A stretch of DNA of 64,000 nucleotides, taken from assembly GCF_009914755.1 (NCBI RefSeq), contig NC_060933.1. One strand, 5' to 3'. The translations under genes were made by a program, and so were the position numbers. The stretch is from the human T2T-CHM13v2.0 reference genome, Homo sapiens. Under the pieces are notes generated by a model. It saw only the letters and a program-made list of their open reading frames with translations, made no database searches and was not told where the DNA came from. Below are positions 62,900 to 64,000 of the stretch, piece after piece. Positions within the stretch are counted from its first letter, which is position 1. Each line of letters begins with the position of its first letter.

Positions 62900-64000
62900 A
62901 GCAAAGCAGAATGAGTAAGGATGTAGGTAAAGTGATAGATTTAAAAGCAAGAGAAGGAGGGAGTACTCTAATTATAACTTCTATTAATGGAATGAATATG
63001 AGGCAAGGTCATTAGCTGAGTGAGTGGAAGGAAGGCAGCAATAAAGGATTGAATGAGCAAAAGGTATGAACTCATCTCAGAAAGATAGCACAAGTTTATT
63101 AAAGAAGTGTAATAGGTTTATCTGGTAGTTTTGAGTGCCTGTTTAAGTTTTGTGGCCATAGATTTAAAGTGAGACCAGTTTTTGAGGGTTTCTTTCATTA
63201 GTTCTGTTGCTTAGATATAGATAGTTAGAAGGTATATCAATAGGTTTAATTAGAACTGGGCTTTTTCCTGGCCAGTGTGACATAAGAAGAAAGGTCAAGG
63301 GATCTTTCCAAGGGAGTGGTTATAGCGCTGCATTGTGGAGCCTCAGCTGATTAAGGAAAGAAATGTAAAAAGGTAGTGGGGTTAATGGATTGCACAACCT
63401 TGTGGGGGTCAAAAGATAGAGTAGGAATACCAGAGTAAGTAAAATGGAAGAAAAGGAAATAGTGACCAAAGAATAGAATTATGGAAATACATTTTTCAGA
63501 AGTGGTATGATTTGGGGGGCTTTATGATCTAGAACATAACCCTCCTCAGCTACCTTCCTCTGTTCACTAGACAGGTGGCTGAGGAAAGGTTAAGGAAAAG
63601 ATGATTGAAGTTGAAGAAGTAAGGGAACACAGAGGCCAAAGAGTTAGATTGATTTTCTGTAGATATGTTTAAGTCACATGATGACAGATATAATGATGGA
63701 GAGAGGAAGACAGTGAATCAGATGCCACAGTCATCCCTGAATGGATAAGGTTGGGGAGGATTTTCAGGGAGGTAGTTAACATAGCAACAAGGGTAATGAG
63801 TGACAAAGTCTGACCCCAAGATCTTCAGAGGAACCAAAGTGGGGCTCAATTAAAGGAGGAAGGAGTACAGTGGGGATTAATGAGAATACCCTCCCCACCT
63901 CCATGTCCTGAAATAATGGCAGGAAAAGGTCACCACTTGAGAGGGCTCTGGGGAGAACAGGTGTCTTCCAGAAATAGCCAAGTTTCCATTAGAACAAGAA
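62900..64000 (-). mobile_element. Probable highly decayed L2 fragments
   Basis: Purine-rich tract with weak L2-like motifs. Confidence 0.4.

Overview
Primate genomic DNA, most likely human 9q21. The window holds the CpG-island promoter and coding exons 1-8 of SMC5 (+ strand, ATG 27927). These exons encode 351 codons: the N-terminal ATPase head with Walker A GANGTGKS and Q-loop, then the start of the coiled coil. The gene continues past the window. Upstream is a 14-kb head-to-tail cluster of degenerate L1PA elements, and the rest is a typical mosaic of Alu, L1M, L2, MIR, LTR and DNA-transposon remnants. There is no prokaryote-type system and no second credible protein-coding gene. The most unusual signals are: (1) a composite L1 with two 5'UTRs inside one target-site duplication, best explained by nested insertion followed by a recombination-deletion; (2) an antisense ORF0 that reads through that junction into a 182-aa fusion with a hydrophobic C-tail; (3) shared variants suggesting gene conversion between neighbouring L1s; (4) a 51-nt patch assembled from two local templates 0.6 and 1.2 kb away; (5) an 85-aa overlapping uORF in SMC5 whose stop codon is created by the exon 1/2 junction; (6) candidate poison exons and an intronic poly(A) site in SMC5 intron 7. 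Repeat subfamily calls come from recalled consensus sequences, not from a search, and boundaries of old repeats are approximate.
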